A stretch of DNA of 38,534 nucleotides from Anaerolineae bacterium (GCA_034435815.1 DAOTWK010000239.1:1-38534); one strand, 5' to 3'; counted from the stretch's first letter, positions 26,837-36,821 are shown. Notes: a model not told the origin generated them from the letters alone. Numbers and translations are program-made.

Positions 26837-29800
26837 ATGAGCCGTAACCGCTTCTGGACCCTGCCGATCTTGCTGACGCTGCTGGTCAGCATGGTGCTTT
26901 CCTGCGCTCCTCCCTTCCTGCGCCGCGCCACGCCCACCCCGACCACCCCGCCCCTTCCTGCCACCAACCCTCTGCTGATGGTGCGCTCCCCCGCGCGGGG
27001 CGAGGAGACGCCGCTGGACCGGCCCCTCCGTCTGGTCTTTGACCAGCCCATGGACCGGGCATCTGTGGAGGCCGCGTTCCGCATTGAGCCGAAGGTGGAG
27101 GGCACCTTCTCCTGGACCGACCCGGTCACCCTGGTCTTCACTCCCAAGAAAGAGTGGCAACGGGCTACCCGCTACCGGGTCAAACTGGACACCACTGCCA
27201 AATCCGCCGAAGGCCTCCCCCTGAAGGAGGAGGTGGAGTTCACCTTCGCCACCGTCGGCTACCTGGAGGTGGCCCAGGTCCTGCCCGAACCCGGCGCGCG
27301 CGACATCCCGCCGGATACCCCCGTCACCATTATGTTCAACCGGCCCGTCGTCCCCCTGCAACTGGTCAGCGCGCCGGTGGTGGATATGCCCGTCCCCGTC
27401 GTCTTTGACCCGCCCGTGGAGGGGGCCGGCGAGTGGGTCAACACGTCCATCTACGTTTTCCGGCCCAAAACGGGCTTCGTCCCCGGCAAGACTTACCAGG
27501 CCACCGTCCCCGCGGGCCTCTCCGACACCACCGGCGGCGTCTTGGAAGAGGACTTCACCTGGCAGTTCACCATTGAGGCCCCCTATGTTCTCTTTGTAGA
27601 GCCCGCCACCGGCTCCACCCTCGTCCCCCTCACCCAGACCGTCAAAATCACCTTCAGCCAGCCAATGGACCGGGCCTCTACCCAGGCCGCCTTCTCCCTG
27701 AAACCCCTGCGGAGCGAATCTCGCGTCCCCGGCCGCTTCATCTGGAGCGAGAACGACACGGTGATGTCCTTCATCCCAGAGGGACGGCTGGAACTGGATA
27801 CGGAGTATCTCATCACCCTGGAAGAGACGGCCCTCTCCGCCCAGGGCGCGGCTCCGTTGAAGGCTCCGTACAAGTGGTCCTTCCGCACCGTCCCCTACCC
27901 CCGCATTGTCAGCACCTACCCCTCCGACGGGACGAAGGACGCCTACCCGGGCACCGAGTTCCACATCAAATTCTCCGCGCCCATGGACATCTCTACCCTG
28001 ATGCCCAACATCACCATCATCCCCGAACCGACCCGCGTCTACACCTACTGGGACCCGTGGGAGAACGCCTTCGTCCTCAACTGGAGCCCGCCCGCGTCCA
28101 CATCCTGGGAGGTCCGCCTGGGCGGCCGCATGGCCGACCCCTACGGCAACACCATCGGCCGGGACACTGTGGTCCGCTTCTCCACCCGCCCGCTGGACCC
28201 CGCCGTCTACCTTCAGGTGCCGGGCAACATCGGCCTCTACAATGCCTACACGTCCACCTACGTCTATGCTTCCTACCTCAACGTCACCCAGATAGATGTC
28301 TCCCTCTCCCGCCTGACCTGGGAGCAGTTCCAGCGTCTGACCACCGGCGACTGGTGGCAGGTCTGGGAGAGTTTCCGCCCGGCGGAGGAGCAGATTATCC
28401 GCCAGTGGACGATTCCAGTGGAGGCGCCGCTGAACGAGGCTCGCTATAAGCGGATTAACCTGGCTGAGGACGGTGGCTCCTTGCCACCCGGCCTCTACTT
28501 CCTGGAAATCTCCGCCCCGGAGACCCGCCGACAGGGTTGGAGTCCCACCCGTCATCTTTTCGTCGTCTCCCGCATCCACATGACCCTCAAACAGGCCTCG
28601 CGGGAGGCACTGGTCTGGGCTACCGACCTGGCCACCGGCAAGCCCGTCCCCAACCTGCCGGTTACCGTCTACGGGAAGTCCGGCACCATCACCGCGCGCG
28701 GCACCACCGACGCCGACGGCGTCTTCCGCACCGGCTTCCCTCCCCTGGAGGACCTCTGGACAACTTTTCTGGCCTACTCCGGCGCGCCCGGAGAGCCCAA
28801 TTTCTCCGTCGTCAGTAGCGACTGGTACAGCGGCATCGGCCCCTGGGACTTCGGCCTCTCCTCGGAGTTCTACATCCGCCCCTACCGCATCCACATCTAC
28901 ACGGACCGGCCCATCTATCGGCCGGGACAGCCCGTCTACTTCCGCGGCGTCGTCCGGGCCGAGGACGACGCCCGCTATACCCTGCCCCCGGTGGGCGAGA
29001 CCGTCTCCGTCATCGTCCGCAACGACCAGGGCGAGGAAATCTACCAAGAAACCTTGCCTCTCTCCGACCTGGGCACCTTCAACGGACAATTCACTCTGGC
29101 CCCGGAGGCCGGCCTGGGCTACTACTGGATTGAGGTCAATTACAAGAAGCAGACCGACGGCGTCGGCTTCCAGGTGGCCATGTACCGCCGCCCGGAGTTC
29201 CAGGTGACCGTCACTCCGGATAAAGACCAAGTCCTGACGGGCGATAAAATCAACGTCTCCGTCCAGGCCACTTACTTCTTCGGCGGCCCCGTTGCCGGCG
29301 CGCAGGTCCGCTGGACCCTGATGACCCAGGATTCCTGGTTCCGGCCCGACGTCCCCGGCTGGTGGGATTGGACCGACACCAGCCGGTGGGACTGGTGGAC
29401 CCCCCAGGAGGTGCCCGGCTACGGCCGTGTCATTGCCGACGGTACCGGCACCACCGACAACCAGGGCCGCTTCGTCTTCACCGTCCCCGCCGACATCAGC
29501 GACGCCCTCTTCAGCCAGCGGTTCACCATTGAGGCCACCGTCACCGACGCCACGGACCAATCCGTCTCCAACCGGGCCCAGGTCCTGGTCCATAAGGGCC
29601 TCTTCTACATCGGCCTGCGGGTCCAGCAGTACGTCGGCGTTGAGGGTGAGGAGCAGCCGGTGGACATCCGCACCGTGGACTGGGAGGGCGCTCCCGTCGC
29701 CCGCGTCCCCTTAACCCTCACCCTCACCCGGCGGGAGTGGCTCAACGTCCAGGAGGAGGACGAGTACGGCAATGTCTACTGGACCTGGACCGTCTCCGAC

Positions 29801-32800
29801 ACCGTCGTCGCCACGGCCACCGTGACGACGAACGACAGGGGCGAGGCGACGGCCAGTTTTATCCCGCCGTCGGGCGGCTCCTACGTCATCAAGGCCGAAG
29901 GGACGGACCAGAAGGGTAACCGCGTCGTCTCGGCGACCTGGCTCTGGGTCTCCGGGCGGGAGTACGTCTCCTGGCGGCAGGAGAACAACGACCGCATTTA
30001 TCTCATCGCCGACAAGCGGGAGTACCGCCCCGGCGAGACGGCGAAAATCCTCATCCCGTCGCCCTTCCAGGGGCCGGTGACGGCGCTGGTCACCGTGGAG
30101 CGCGGCCACATCATCCGCCACTGGGTCCAGACGCTTCCGGGCAACGCGGAGACGATAGACCTGCCCATCACGGCCGAAATGGCCCCCAACGCCTTTGTCT
30201 CCGTCGTCCTGGTCAAGGGCGTGGACGAGACTAACCCCGTCCCTGGCTACCGGCTGGGCTACGTCTCCTTCGGCGTCTCCACCGAGAAGCAGGAGTTGAC
30301 CGTCCGCGTCACCCCGGACCGGGATATCGCGAAGGGCGAACACTACGGCCCGCGCGAGACCGTCAACCTGAACGTTGAGGTGACAGACTCCGAAGGGAAG
30401 CCGGTGGAGGCGGAGGTCGGGCTGGCAGTGGTGGATAAGGCCGTCCTGACGCTGGCCCCGCCCAACGCGCCGTCCATCGTAGAGGCTTTCTACGGCCGGC
30501 GCGGCCTGGGCATCCGCACCGCCGATAACCTTTCCATCTCCGTGGACCGCATCAGCGTCCGCATCGCGAAGGAAGCCAAAGGCGGCGGGGGCGGCGCCGA
30601 AATGGCCGCTATGGGTGTAGAGTTCATCCGCCAGGAGTTCCCCGACACCGCCTTCTGGGCGCCTTCTGTCCGCACCGACGCGCGGGGCCGGGCGACCGTC
30701 TCCTTCAAACTCCCGGACCAACTGACTACCTGGCATATAGAGGCCCGCGCGGTCGCGCAGACCGGATCGCGGGCTGTTAGCCTGCTGTTGGTGGGCCAGA
30801 CCGAACTGGAACTCCTCTCCACGAAAGACCTGCTGGTCCGGCCGGTGACGCCCCGTTTCTTCGTGGTGGGCGACCGGGCCGATTTGGCCGCCGTCGTCCA
30901 CAACAACACCGACCGCTCCCTGGAGGTGGAGGTCTCGCTGGAGGCGCCGGGCCTGCGGATGCTGGGCGAGGCCCGCCAGAAGGTGACGATTCCGGCGAAG
31001 GGCAAGGTGCGGGTGGAGTGGCCGGTGGAGGTGCCGCGCGACTTCGCCGGCGACCGGGTTGACCTGGTCTTCCGGGCCCGGGGCGGCGGCCTCTCTGACG
31101 CGACCAAGCCCCCGGCGGGTCTCCCGCCCGACCAGTACCTGCCCGTTTACCGGTACTCGGCGGTGGAGATTGTCGGCACCGCCGGGCAACTGGCCGAGGC
31201 CGGGAGCACCCTGGAGGCCGTGGTCCTCCCGCCCAGCATAGACACCACCCAGGGCGACCTGACGGTCAAACTGGAGCCGTCCCTGGCCGCCGGGATGACC
31301 GGGGGGCTCAAGTACCTGGAGCACTTCCCCTACGAGTGCACCGAGCAACTGGTCTCCAAGTTTTTGCCCAACGTCCTCACCTACCAAGCGCTGAAGGAAC
31401 TGGGGCTGGAGCGGCCCGAACTGGAGGCCAAACTGCGGGAACTGGTCTCCTACGCAGTCCAGAAACTCTACCAGTACCAGCACCCCGACGGTGGCTGGGG
31501 CTGGTGGAAAAACGATCAGTCCAACCCGCTGACCACCGCCTACGTCGTCTTCGGCCTGGTCAAGGCGAAGGAAGCGGGCTTCGCGGTGGAGGAAAGGGTC
31601 ATCCGGGACGGCGTGAACTATCTGCGGCTGCGGATCAAGCCGGTGGACGAACTGAAGAGCCCCACCCAGGCCAACCGGCAGGCCTTCATCCTCTACGTCC
31701 TGACGGAGGCTGGGCAGGCGCGCGAGGCGGACCTGGCGAACCTCTACGAGGTACGCGGGCGGCTGAGTTACTACGGGCGGGCGTATCTGGGGCTGGCGCT
31801 GGGCATCCTGAATCCGGAGGATCCGCGGATCGGGACCATCATCGCGGACCTGACGAACGCGGCGGTGATGAGCGGGACGAGCGTCCGCTGGCAGGAGGCG
31901 GAGCCGGACCGCTGGAACTGGAACACCAACATCCGGACGACGGCCATTGTCCTGGCCCTGCTGGCCCGCTTTGACCCCCAGAACCGGCTGGCGCCGGGCA
32001 CCGTCCGCTGGCTGATGCGGGCCCGCACTGCCGACCGCTGGGAGACGACGCAGGAGACGGCCTGGGCGCTCATTGCCCTGACGGACTGGCTGGTGGCGAC
32101 CCGGGAACTGGAGGGGAACTACGCCTGGGGCGTGCGGGTGAACGGCCGCGACCTGGGCTCCGGGCAGGTGACGCCCCAGACCGTCCAGGAGGTGACGGAG
32201 TTGCGGTTGGCGGTCAAGGACCTCTTCGTGGATCAGGCGAACCGGGTGGAGATTGCCCGGGGCGAGGGGCCGGGCCGGCTCTACTACACCGTCCACCTGC
32301 GCGGCTACCTGCCGGTGGAGCAAATCCAGGCCCTGAACCGGGGGGTCATCGTAGGCCGGGTCTACGAGCGGGCGGACTGCAAGAAAGACTGTCGGCCGGT
32401 CACCGAGGCCCGCGTGGGCGACCTCATCCGGGTCCGGCTGACCATCATTGCCCCCACCGACCTGAACTACGTGGTGGTGGAGGATCCGTTCCCGGCGGGG
32501 ATGGACCCGGTGGATCGGAGCCTCTTGACGACGAGTGTGGTGGGTGAACGGCCGGAGGTGGTCCGCACCGACTGGGATTGGCGCCGCTGGGGCTGGGGCT
32601 GGTGGTGGTTCGCCGACACCGACCTGCGGGACGAGAAACTGGTGCTCTTTGCCACCGAACTTCCGCGCGGCACCTATGAGTACACCTATCTGTTGCAGGT
32701 GGGGCTGGCGGGAGAGTACAAAGTCCTGCCGACGACGGCCTACGAGATGTACTTCCCCGAGGTCATGGGCCGGACGGACGGGGTGGTGTTCACGGTAGTG

Positions 32801-32806
32801 CGCTGA
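26837..32806 (+). CDS. Bacterial alpha-2-macroglobulin family lipoprotein with intact thioester
   Basis: ATG at 26837 follows AAAGGAG. The signal/lipobox-like sequence is LLVSMVLSC. Four N-terminal repeats of about 100 aa are Ig-like. The CTEQ thioester motif (FPYECTEQL) is at nt 31337-31348. MG-domain-like repeats fill the rest. 1989 aa. Confidence 0.88.
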   Translation: MSRNRFWTLPILLTLLVSMVLSCAPPFLRRATPTPTTPPLPATNPLLMVRSPARGEETPLDRPLRLVFDQPMDRASVEAAFRIEPKVEGTFSWTDPVTLVFTPKKEWQRATRYRVKLDTTAKSAEGLPLKEEVEFTFATVGYLEVAQVLPEPGARDIPPDTPVTIMFNRPVVPLQLVSAPVVDMPVPVVFDPPVEGAGEWVNTSIYVFRPKTGFVPGKTYQATVPAGLSDTTGGVLEEDFTWQFTIEAPYVLFVEPATGSTLVPLTQTVKITFSQPMDRASTQAAFSLKPLRSESRVPGRFIWSENDTVMSFIPEGRLELDTEYLITLEETALSAQGAAPLKAPYKWSFRTVPYPRIVSTYPSDGTKDAYPGTEFHIKFSAPMDISTLMPNITIIPEPTRVYTYWDPWENAFVLNWSPPASTSWEVRLGGRMADPYGNTIGRDTVVRFSTRPLDPAVYLQVPGNIGLYNAYTSTYVYASYLNVTQIDVSLSRLTWEQFQRLTTGDWWQVWESFRPAEEQIIRQWTIPVEAPLNEARYKRINLAEDGGSLPPGLYFLEISAPETRRQGWSPTRHLFVVSRIHMTLKQASREALVWATDLATGKPVPNLPVTVYGKSGTITARGTTDADGVFRTGFPPLEDLWTTFLAYSGAPGEPNFSVVSSDWYSGIGPWDFGLSSEFYIRPYRIHIYTDRPIYRPGQPVYFRGVVRAEDDARYTLPPVGETVSVIVRNDQGEEIYQETLPLSDLGTFNGQFTLAPEAGLGYYWIEVNYKKQTDGVGFQVAMYRRPEFQVTVTPDKDQVLTGDKINVSVQATYFFGGPVAGAQVRWTLMTQDSWFRPDVPGWWDWTDTSRWDWWTPQEVPGYGRVIADGTGTTDNQGRFVFTVPADISDALFSQRFTIEATVTDATDQSVSNRAQVLVHKGLFYIGLRVQQYVGVEGEEQPVDIRTVDWEGAPVARVPLTLTLTRREWLNVQEEDEYGNVYWTWTVSDTVVATATVTTNDRGEATASFIPPSGGSYVIKAEGTDQKGNRVVSATWLWVSGREYVSWRQENNDRIYLIADKREYRPGETAKILIPSPFQGPVTALVTVERGHIIRHWVQTLPGNAETIDLPITAEMAPNAFVSVVLVKGVDETNPVPGYRLGYVSFGVSTEKQELTVRVTPDRDIAKGEHYGPRETVNLNVEVTDSEGKPVEAEVGLAVVDKAVLTLAPPNAPSIVEAFYGRRGLGIRTADNLSISVDRISVRIAKEAKGGGGGAEMAAMGVEFIRQEFPDTAFWAPSVRTDARGRATVSFKLPDQLTTWHIEARAVAQTGSRAVSLLLVGQTELELLSTKDLLVRPVTPRFFVVGDRADLAAVVHNNTDRSLEVEVSLEAPGLRMLGEARQKVTIPAKGKVRVEWPVEVPRDFAGDRVDLVFRARGGGLSDATKPPAGLPPDQYLPVYRYSAVEIVGTAGQLAEAGSTLEAVVLPPSIDTTQGDLTVKLEPSLAAGMTGGLKYLEHFPYECTEQLVSKFLPNVLTYQALKELGLERPELEAKLRELVSYAVQKLYQYQHPDGGWGWWKNDQSNPLTTAYVVFGLVKAKEAGFAVEERVIRDGVNYLRLRIKPVDELKSPTQANRQAFILYVLTEAGQAREADLANLYEVRGRLSYYGRAYLGLALGILNPEDPRIGTIIADLTNAAVMSGTSVRWQEAEPDRWNWNTNIRTTAIVLALLARFDPQNRLAPGTVRWLMRARTADRWETTQETAWALIALTDWLVATRELEGNYAWGVRVNGRDLGSGQVTPQTVQEVTELRLAVKDLFVDQANRVEIARGEGPGRLYYTVHLRGYLPVEQIQALNRGVIVGRVYERADCKKDCRPVTEARVGDLIRVRLTIIAPTDLNYVVVEDPFPAGMDPVDRSLLTTSVVGERPEVVRTDWDWRRWGWGWWWFADTDLRDEKLVLFATELPRGTYEYTYLLQVGLAGEYKVLPTTAYEMYFPEVMGRTDGVVFTVVR

Positions 32807-32929
32807 TTGAAATCAGCCTTCCCTGGGCACGCTGTGCCGGGCGTCGGCCTTCGCCGATGCTGTTCCGGGGGACGGCGCAGGCCGTCCCCCGGCCGAAGGC
32901 CTATGGAGGCTGCCTTCAGTCGGCACATT

Positions 32930-32965
32930 GCGGCGGCGGCCTCTGGCCGCCGCCGCTGTGTTCTC
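32930..32965 (+). terminator. Probable terminator of the A2M gene
   Basis: 12-bp stem gcggcggcggcc tct ggccgccgccgc, followed by tgtgttctct. A second 11-bp hairpin is at 32865-32892. Confidence 0.55.
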
Positions 32966-33750
32966 TACGGCGTCTCCCCCCTGAGGAAGCACAAAATCCC
33001 GTCCACAATCCCCTGAGCAATCAGGTCCTGTCGGTGCAGGAGAATATCCCGGTCGGCCAGGAGAAAACCAATCTCTATGATAGCGCCCGGGGTGAAAGGG
33101 TCAATCTCGTAGAAAGTATGGTATTGGGTCATATCAGGGGTGACGCTTCCCTCATGGAAGGGCAGACCGGTGCGGGCCCCGTAGCGGCTGACCAGGCAGG
33201 CAACCAGATGGTCCTCTACATGGGGGATAGCACTCTCTTCCACGCGGGCCACCTTGAAGCCGGAGGCTTCCGGGTAGAGGCAAGCGTCGGCGTGGATGGA
33301 GACCAGGGCGCGGGCCCGGTAGCCCTCCAGCCGGGGGTCAAACTCCTCCAGCAGGTCGGTGGGATATCCGGCGGCCTCCAGCCCTCTCACAACCCGCCGG
33401 GCGACAGCCAGATTCACGTCCACTTCCCGAAGCCAGCCGTCGCAGATGGCGCCGGTATCGTTCCCCCAGTGGCCGGCGACAATGCCGATGGGCAACACCT
33501 CCGGCGTACCGGCAAGGGGCGTCGGCCTGGGGGAGGGAGTGGGGAAAGGAGTAGAGCTCAGCAGGAAATAGCCAGGCGATGGAGTGACGGGAGGGGGGCC
33601 GGCCACGTGCTCCGCGCCAGCACTCAACCCGATGCGGATGAGAGCCAGAAGGGCGGTTCCCAGGACGACCAGTGCCAGCAGGCGCGGCGCACCGGAGGCG
33701 GCTGGTTGCCTCTCCCGTGACTCCACCGGGCGGGCCATCTGGCGAGACAT
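32965..33750 (-). CDS. N-acetylmuramoyl-L-alanine amidase (Amidase_3 family) with N-terminal TM anchor
   Basis: IVAGHWGND, VSIHADA and IIEIGFL motifs are present. I chose the ATG at 33750; the track ORF begins at TTG 33762. Confidence 0.82.
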   Translation of the reverse strand: MSRQMARPVESRERQPAASGAPRLLALVVLGTALLALIRIGLSAGAEHVAGPPPVTPSPGYFLLSSTPFPTPSPRPTPLAGTPEVLPIGIVAGHWGNDTGAICDGWLREVDVNLAVARRVVRGLEAAGYPTDLLEEFDPRLEGYRARALVSIHADACLYPEASGFKVARVEESAIPHVEDHLVACLVSRYGARTGLPFHEGSVTPDMTQYHTFYEIDPFTPGAIIEIGFLLADRDILLHRQDLIAQGIVDGILCFLRGETP

Positions 33751-33817
33751 GGCAGGTCGCAAGTCACAGATACGGGCCAGGCGTCACCCGTACTGCAGGG
33801 CACAGGTCACAAACGGC

Positions 33818-33901
33818 GATACGCGATAAACGATACGCGATGAGCGATAAACGATACGCGATGAGCGATATGCGATACGCGATGAGCGATATGCGATACG
33901 C
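33818..33901. repeat. Twelve consecutive heptamers GAT-NNN-C (21-nt super-repeat)
   Basis: gatacgc gataaac gatacgc gatgagc gataaac gatacgc gatgagc gatatgc gatacgc gatgagc gatatgc gatacgc. Confidence 0.95.
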
Positions 33902-33903
33902 GC

Positions 33904-34428
33904 TTACCGGCTCTCTTCCACACAAAACGCGCCGATGTGGTGTTTGTTGACCAGAATGCCGCCGGCATTGAAGACGATATCAGGCCGAATAGAACCGCGC
34001 ACCCGTCCGTCCAGGACAACCAGGAAATCCTCCGTGTCCGTTACCAGCAGCCGCCGCAGGTCCACCCGGGCGGAGAGGCGCAGGTAGCCACTGACTTCAA
34101 ACGTGGGGACGGTCAGAAAGATATTGTAGAGATACGCGCCCGTGTAACTGCCATAGGTCTGCTTACGGGGCAGCGCGTCCTCCTGACGGGCCACCAGAGC
34201 CAGCGTCAGGTTCGCTTTGGCCAAAGTGGAGGCGGGATAGGAAGCGAGAATCTCGCCAGGCCGGTCAATCGGGGAGATATAGGCATCCTCCAGGAGAAGG
34301 AACCCCGTCGTCCGGTCGTTCAACATCTCAAAGAGGCCATAACGGCGCACATCCAGGTGCCCGGAGATACGGTAACTTTGGGTGAAAAAGTCCACTACCA
34401 GCCAGCCGACCTGTCGGATTTCTTCCAT
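33904..34428 (-). CDS. Hypothetical protein (174 aa)
   Basis: The ORF is tightly packed (9-nt gap) behind the DeoC-like gene. I did not recognise any motif. Confidence 0.5.
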   Translation of the reverse strand: MEEIRQVGWLVVDFFTQSYRISGHLDVRRYGLFEMLNDRTTGFLLLEDAYISPIDRPGEILASYPASTLAKANLTLALVARQEDALPRKQTYGSYTGAYLYNIFLTVPTFEVSGYLRLSARVDLRRLLVTDTEDFLVVLDGRVRGSIRPDIVFNAGGILVNKHHIGAFCVEESR

Positions 34429-34437
34429 GGCGACTCC

Positions 34438-35388
34438 TCACATTGATGGTGGACGGTACAGCATAGAGAGCCACTCCTGCCGTCGATGCTGGTGGGGACA
34501 GCGGGGGCAGAAGGTCAGGGCCGCGCTCCGCAGTTCCGGCGTCTGCTTCTCCGCGTAACCGGAGGGACAGTACGAGCAGGGGATGGCATCGCTCAGGTCT
34601 TCCCGCACCCGCTCCAACGTGGAGAGGAGGCCTGCAGGGCTGGAGGTGCCCAGTCGGAATCGCTCCGGCACTCGCAGTTCGGGTGTGGGCGCGCCAGCAA
34701 AGACGAGCCGCACTGCATCGGCGGCGGTCCGAATGCCCCCGGCGGCTTTCACCCCCATCCCGGGCCCCACTGCCTCCCGCATCCGGCGGATATGCTCCGG
34801 CGTAGCGCCGAAGGCTTCCATGCCAGTGGAGTTCTTCACAAAGTGGGCTCCCGCCTCCTGCGCGATCCGGCAGGCCAGTGTGATCTCCTCGTTGCGGAGT
34901 TCGGAGGATCGGATGATGACTTTGACGACCTCCCCGTCGGCTGCATCCACCACGGCGGCGACCTCCCGCCAGGTGTGCTCTGGGTCACTCCGGAGACGGC
35001 CTACATTGATGACCATATCCAGTTCCACCCACCCCGGCCCCTCCTGGCGAAGGGCGCGACTTTCGGCCACGATGCGGGCGGCCTGATGGGCTTTCATTGC
35101 GATGGTGGATTTGCCCAAGGGGAAATCCACCACGTAGCATTCTTTCACCCCGGTCCCCGCCAGCAACCGGGGCAGGAAGTCCACCTCCGCGGGATTTACG
35201 CAGACAGAGGCGCAGCGGAGGCGGACGGCGGTTTCGGCCAGGGCGCGGATTTTCGCCTCCGGCGTGTCGGCCCGCAGGTCAGTGGCGTCTATCAGCGCGG
35301 CCAGGCGCTGGGGGGTGAGCCAGCGGATAATCTCCTCCAGCGCATCGGGCGGAAAATCTACCAGTGGCATTGGCGGCAGCTCGTCCAT
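34438..35388 (-). CDS. DeoC/class I aldolase family protein with a C-terminal CxxC...CxxC tail
   Basis: VCVNP, VVDFPLG, ELDMVIN, VKVII and FVKNSTG (Schiff-base Lys context) are present. The tail reads CSYCPSGY...FCPRCPHQH. Confidence 0.72.
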   Translation of the reverse strand: MDELPPMPLVDFPPDALEEIIRWLTPQRLAALIDATDLRADTPEAKIRALAETAVRLRCASVCVNPAEVDFLPRLLAGTGVKECYVVDFPLGKSTIAMKAHQAARIVAESRALRQEGPGWVELDMVINVGRLRSDPEHTWREVAAVVDAADGEVVKVIIRSSELRNEEITLACRIAQEAGAHFVKNSTGMEAFGATPEHIRRMREAVGPGMGVKAAGGIRTAADAVRLVFAGAPTPELRVPERFRLGTSSPAGLLSTLERVREDLSDAIPCSYCPSGYAEKQTPELRSAALTFCPRCPHQHRRQEWLSMLYRPPSM

Positions 35389-35397
35389 AGGTGCCTC

Positions 35398-35994
35398 CTA
35401 TTCCTCGCCTGGAGACGGGAAGGAATGATGGGTCACCAGCCCCCAGTACTGCGGGGGCCAGTAGCAGAGCCAGGCTTTGCCAATGATGTTCTTTCTCGGC
35501 AGCGGCCCCCAGGTGTGGGAGTCGCTGGAGTTGGCGCGATTATCGCCCAGGACAAAATATTCGTCCGGCCCCAATTTCCAGACGCCGGTATACGGGATGC
35601 CGGAGTTCAGATACGGCTCATCCAGCCGGTACCCGTTGATCCAGACCGCGCCGTCCCGAACCTCCACCCGTTCTCCGGGCAGGCCGATGACGCGTTTAAT
35701 GTAATCCTCCCCTGTCCCGTTGAGGGAGACGAAGACCACAATATCCCCTCGTTGGGGTTCATTGAAGAGATAACTGATTTTGCTGACGACCAGATACTGG
35801 CCGTTGTGGAGCGTGGGCTCCATACTGGAGCCCCGGACGTAGAAGCGGCCCGTCAAAGCATTGATGACCAGATAGATGAGCAGCGCCAGGACGAAGGTCT
35901 CCACCACCTCCCGCAGGAAAGAGCGGGCAGGCGATGGTCGCTCCGGGGCCGGAGTCGGCTCGGGTATTTCCAGTTCGGTGGGTCGGGAATCCAA
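35398..35994 (-). CDS. lepB: Signal peptidase I (start uncertain)
   Basis: GSSMEPTL (catalytic Ser), YIKRVIGLPGE (catalytic Lys) and GDNRANSSDSH are present. A TTG at 35994 is preceded by AGGAGG. The ORF stays open to 36159, but that region overlaps the FkbM gene. Confidence 0.8.
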   Translation of the reverse strand: MDSRPTELEIPEPTPAPERPSPARSFLREVVETFVLALLIYLVINALTGRFYVRGSSMEPTLHNGQYLVVSKISYLFNEPQRGDIVVFVSLNGTGEDYIKRVIGLPGERVEVRDGAVWINGYRLDEPYLNSGIPYTGVWKLGPDEYFVLGDNRANSSDSHTWGPLPRKNIIGKAWLCYWPPQYWGLVTHHSFPSPGEE

Positions 35995-36017
35995 CGATGC
36001 CTCCTGGGTCGGTTTTT

Positions 36018-36821
36018 TTACAGGCGATGGGCGTAGAGGAAACCCAGATACGGATAGACGGGATTCGGTGTCACCCGCGTCTGGAATCCATGCCGGTGCA
36101 GGTAACCGATCAGGTCGGTATGGGTGAATCGGGTAAAACCGTCGTGATACTCCAGGCACAGTCGGGAAATCCTCTCCAGGGTGGCCAGGGAAGCCCCAAA
36201 GAGCACATCAAACTCGCATCCTTCGCAATCCATTTTCAGAAAGTCACATTGCTCTATTCCGTTGGTCTCAAGGACGTCTTCTAGGGTCAACGATTGCACT
36301 TCTACGGAAGGGATTGAGCCATCGGACGGCCGATTGGCTACAGTGGTATGCTGGACGGCTTCCCCTTTGGCGAACAGCCTTGCCGTTTCTCGCCTGGCCC
36401 CAACGGCCATCGGGAATGCCAGGACATTCCGGACGCCGTTCAGAGCGATATTCTCCTGGAGTAAGCGGTACGATTCCGGGAAGGGCTCATAGGCGTAGAT
36501 ACGGCTGTGGGGGTTCTCGCGGGCGATCAGCACCGCGAAATCCCCAAGACCGGCGCCTATATCAACCACTGTCCAACCATCCTCAATTCGCGTGCCATAT
36601 AACTCATACTGACGATCCAGACAGGTTTCCTTGATAATCCAGACATCCATCAGGCTCCGCACCCGGAACCGACAGCCGTTCCTGAGCCGAACGGTGATCT
36701 GTTTGCCCAGCAAAAGGAGGGGCAAAAAAGGCCAGTTCTCAATCTGCCCGAAAAGAGTCGGGATGGAACGGAAATAATAGCCGAGGCGCGAAGCCATCCC
36801 GGTGGCCCGGATCATGGGCAC
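36018..36821 (-). CDS. FkbM-family SAM-dependent methyltransferase
   Basis: VVDIGAGLGDF, YAYEP and DFLKMDCEGCEFDVL are present. Confidence 0.8.
   Translation of the reverse strand: MPMIRATGMASRLGYYFRSIPTLFGQIENWPFLPLLLLGKQITVRLRNGCRFRVRSLMDVWIIKETCLDRQYELYGTRIEDGWTVVDIGAGLGDFAVLIARENPHSRIYAYEPFPESYRLLQENIALNGVRNVLAFPMAVGARRETARLFAKGEAVQHTTVANRPSDGSIPSVEVQSLTLEDVLETNGIEQCDFLKMDCEGCEFDVLFGASLATLERISRLCLEYHDGFTRFTHTDLIGYLHRHGFQTRVTPNPVYPYLGFLYAHRL

Noticed and set aside
26479-26847. 122-aa plus-strand ORF in the alaS/A2M spacer.
   Set aside because: The translation is low-complexity. The ORF runs through hairpins and through the A2M promoter and start, with no RBS.
33818-33901. CRISPR array, or a coding repeat (plus-strand ORF 33672-33950 translating to DKRYAMS repeats).
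   Set aside because: The units are contiguous 7-nt (21-nt) repeats with no unique spacers. The ORF has no RBS, overlaps the flanking genes and is simply the translation of the tandem repeat.
35995-36159. Extended N-terminus of signal peptidase I (track ORF start at 36159).
   Set aside because: The extension overlaps the 3' end of the FkbM gene by ~140 nt. An AGGAGG-N5-TTG start at 35994 gives a normal-length LepB. The true start remains uncertain.
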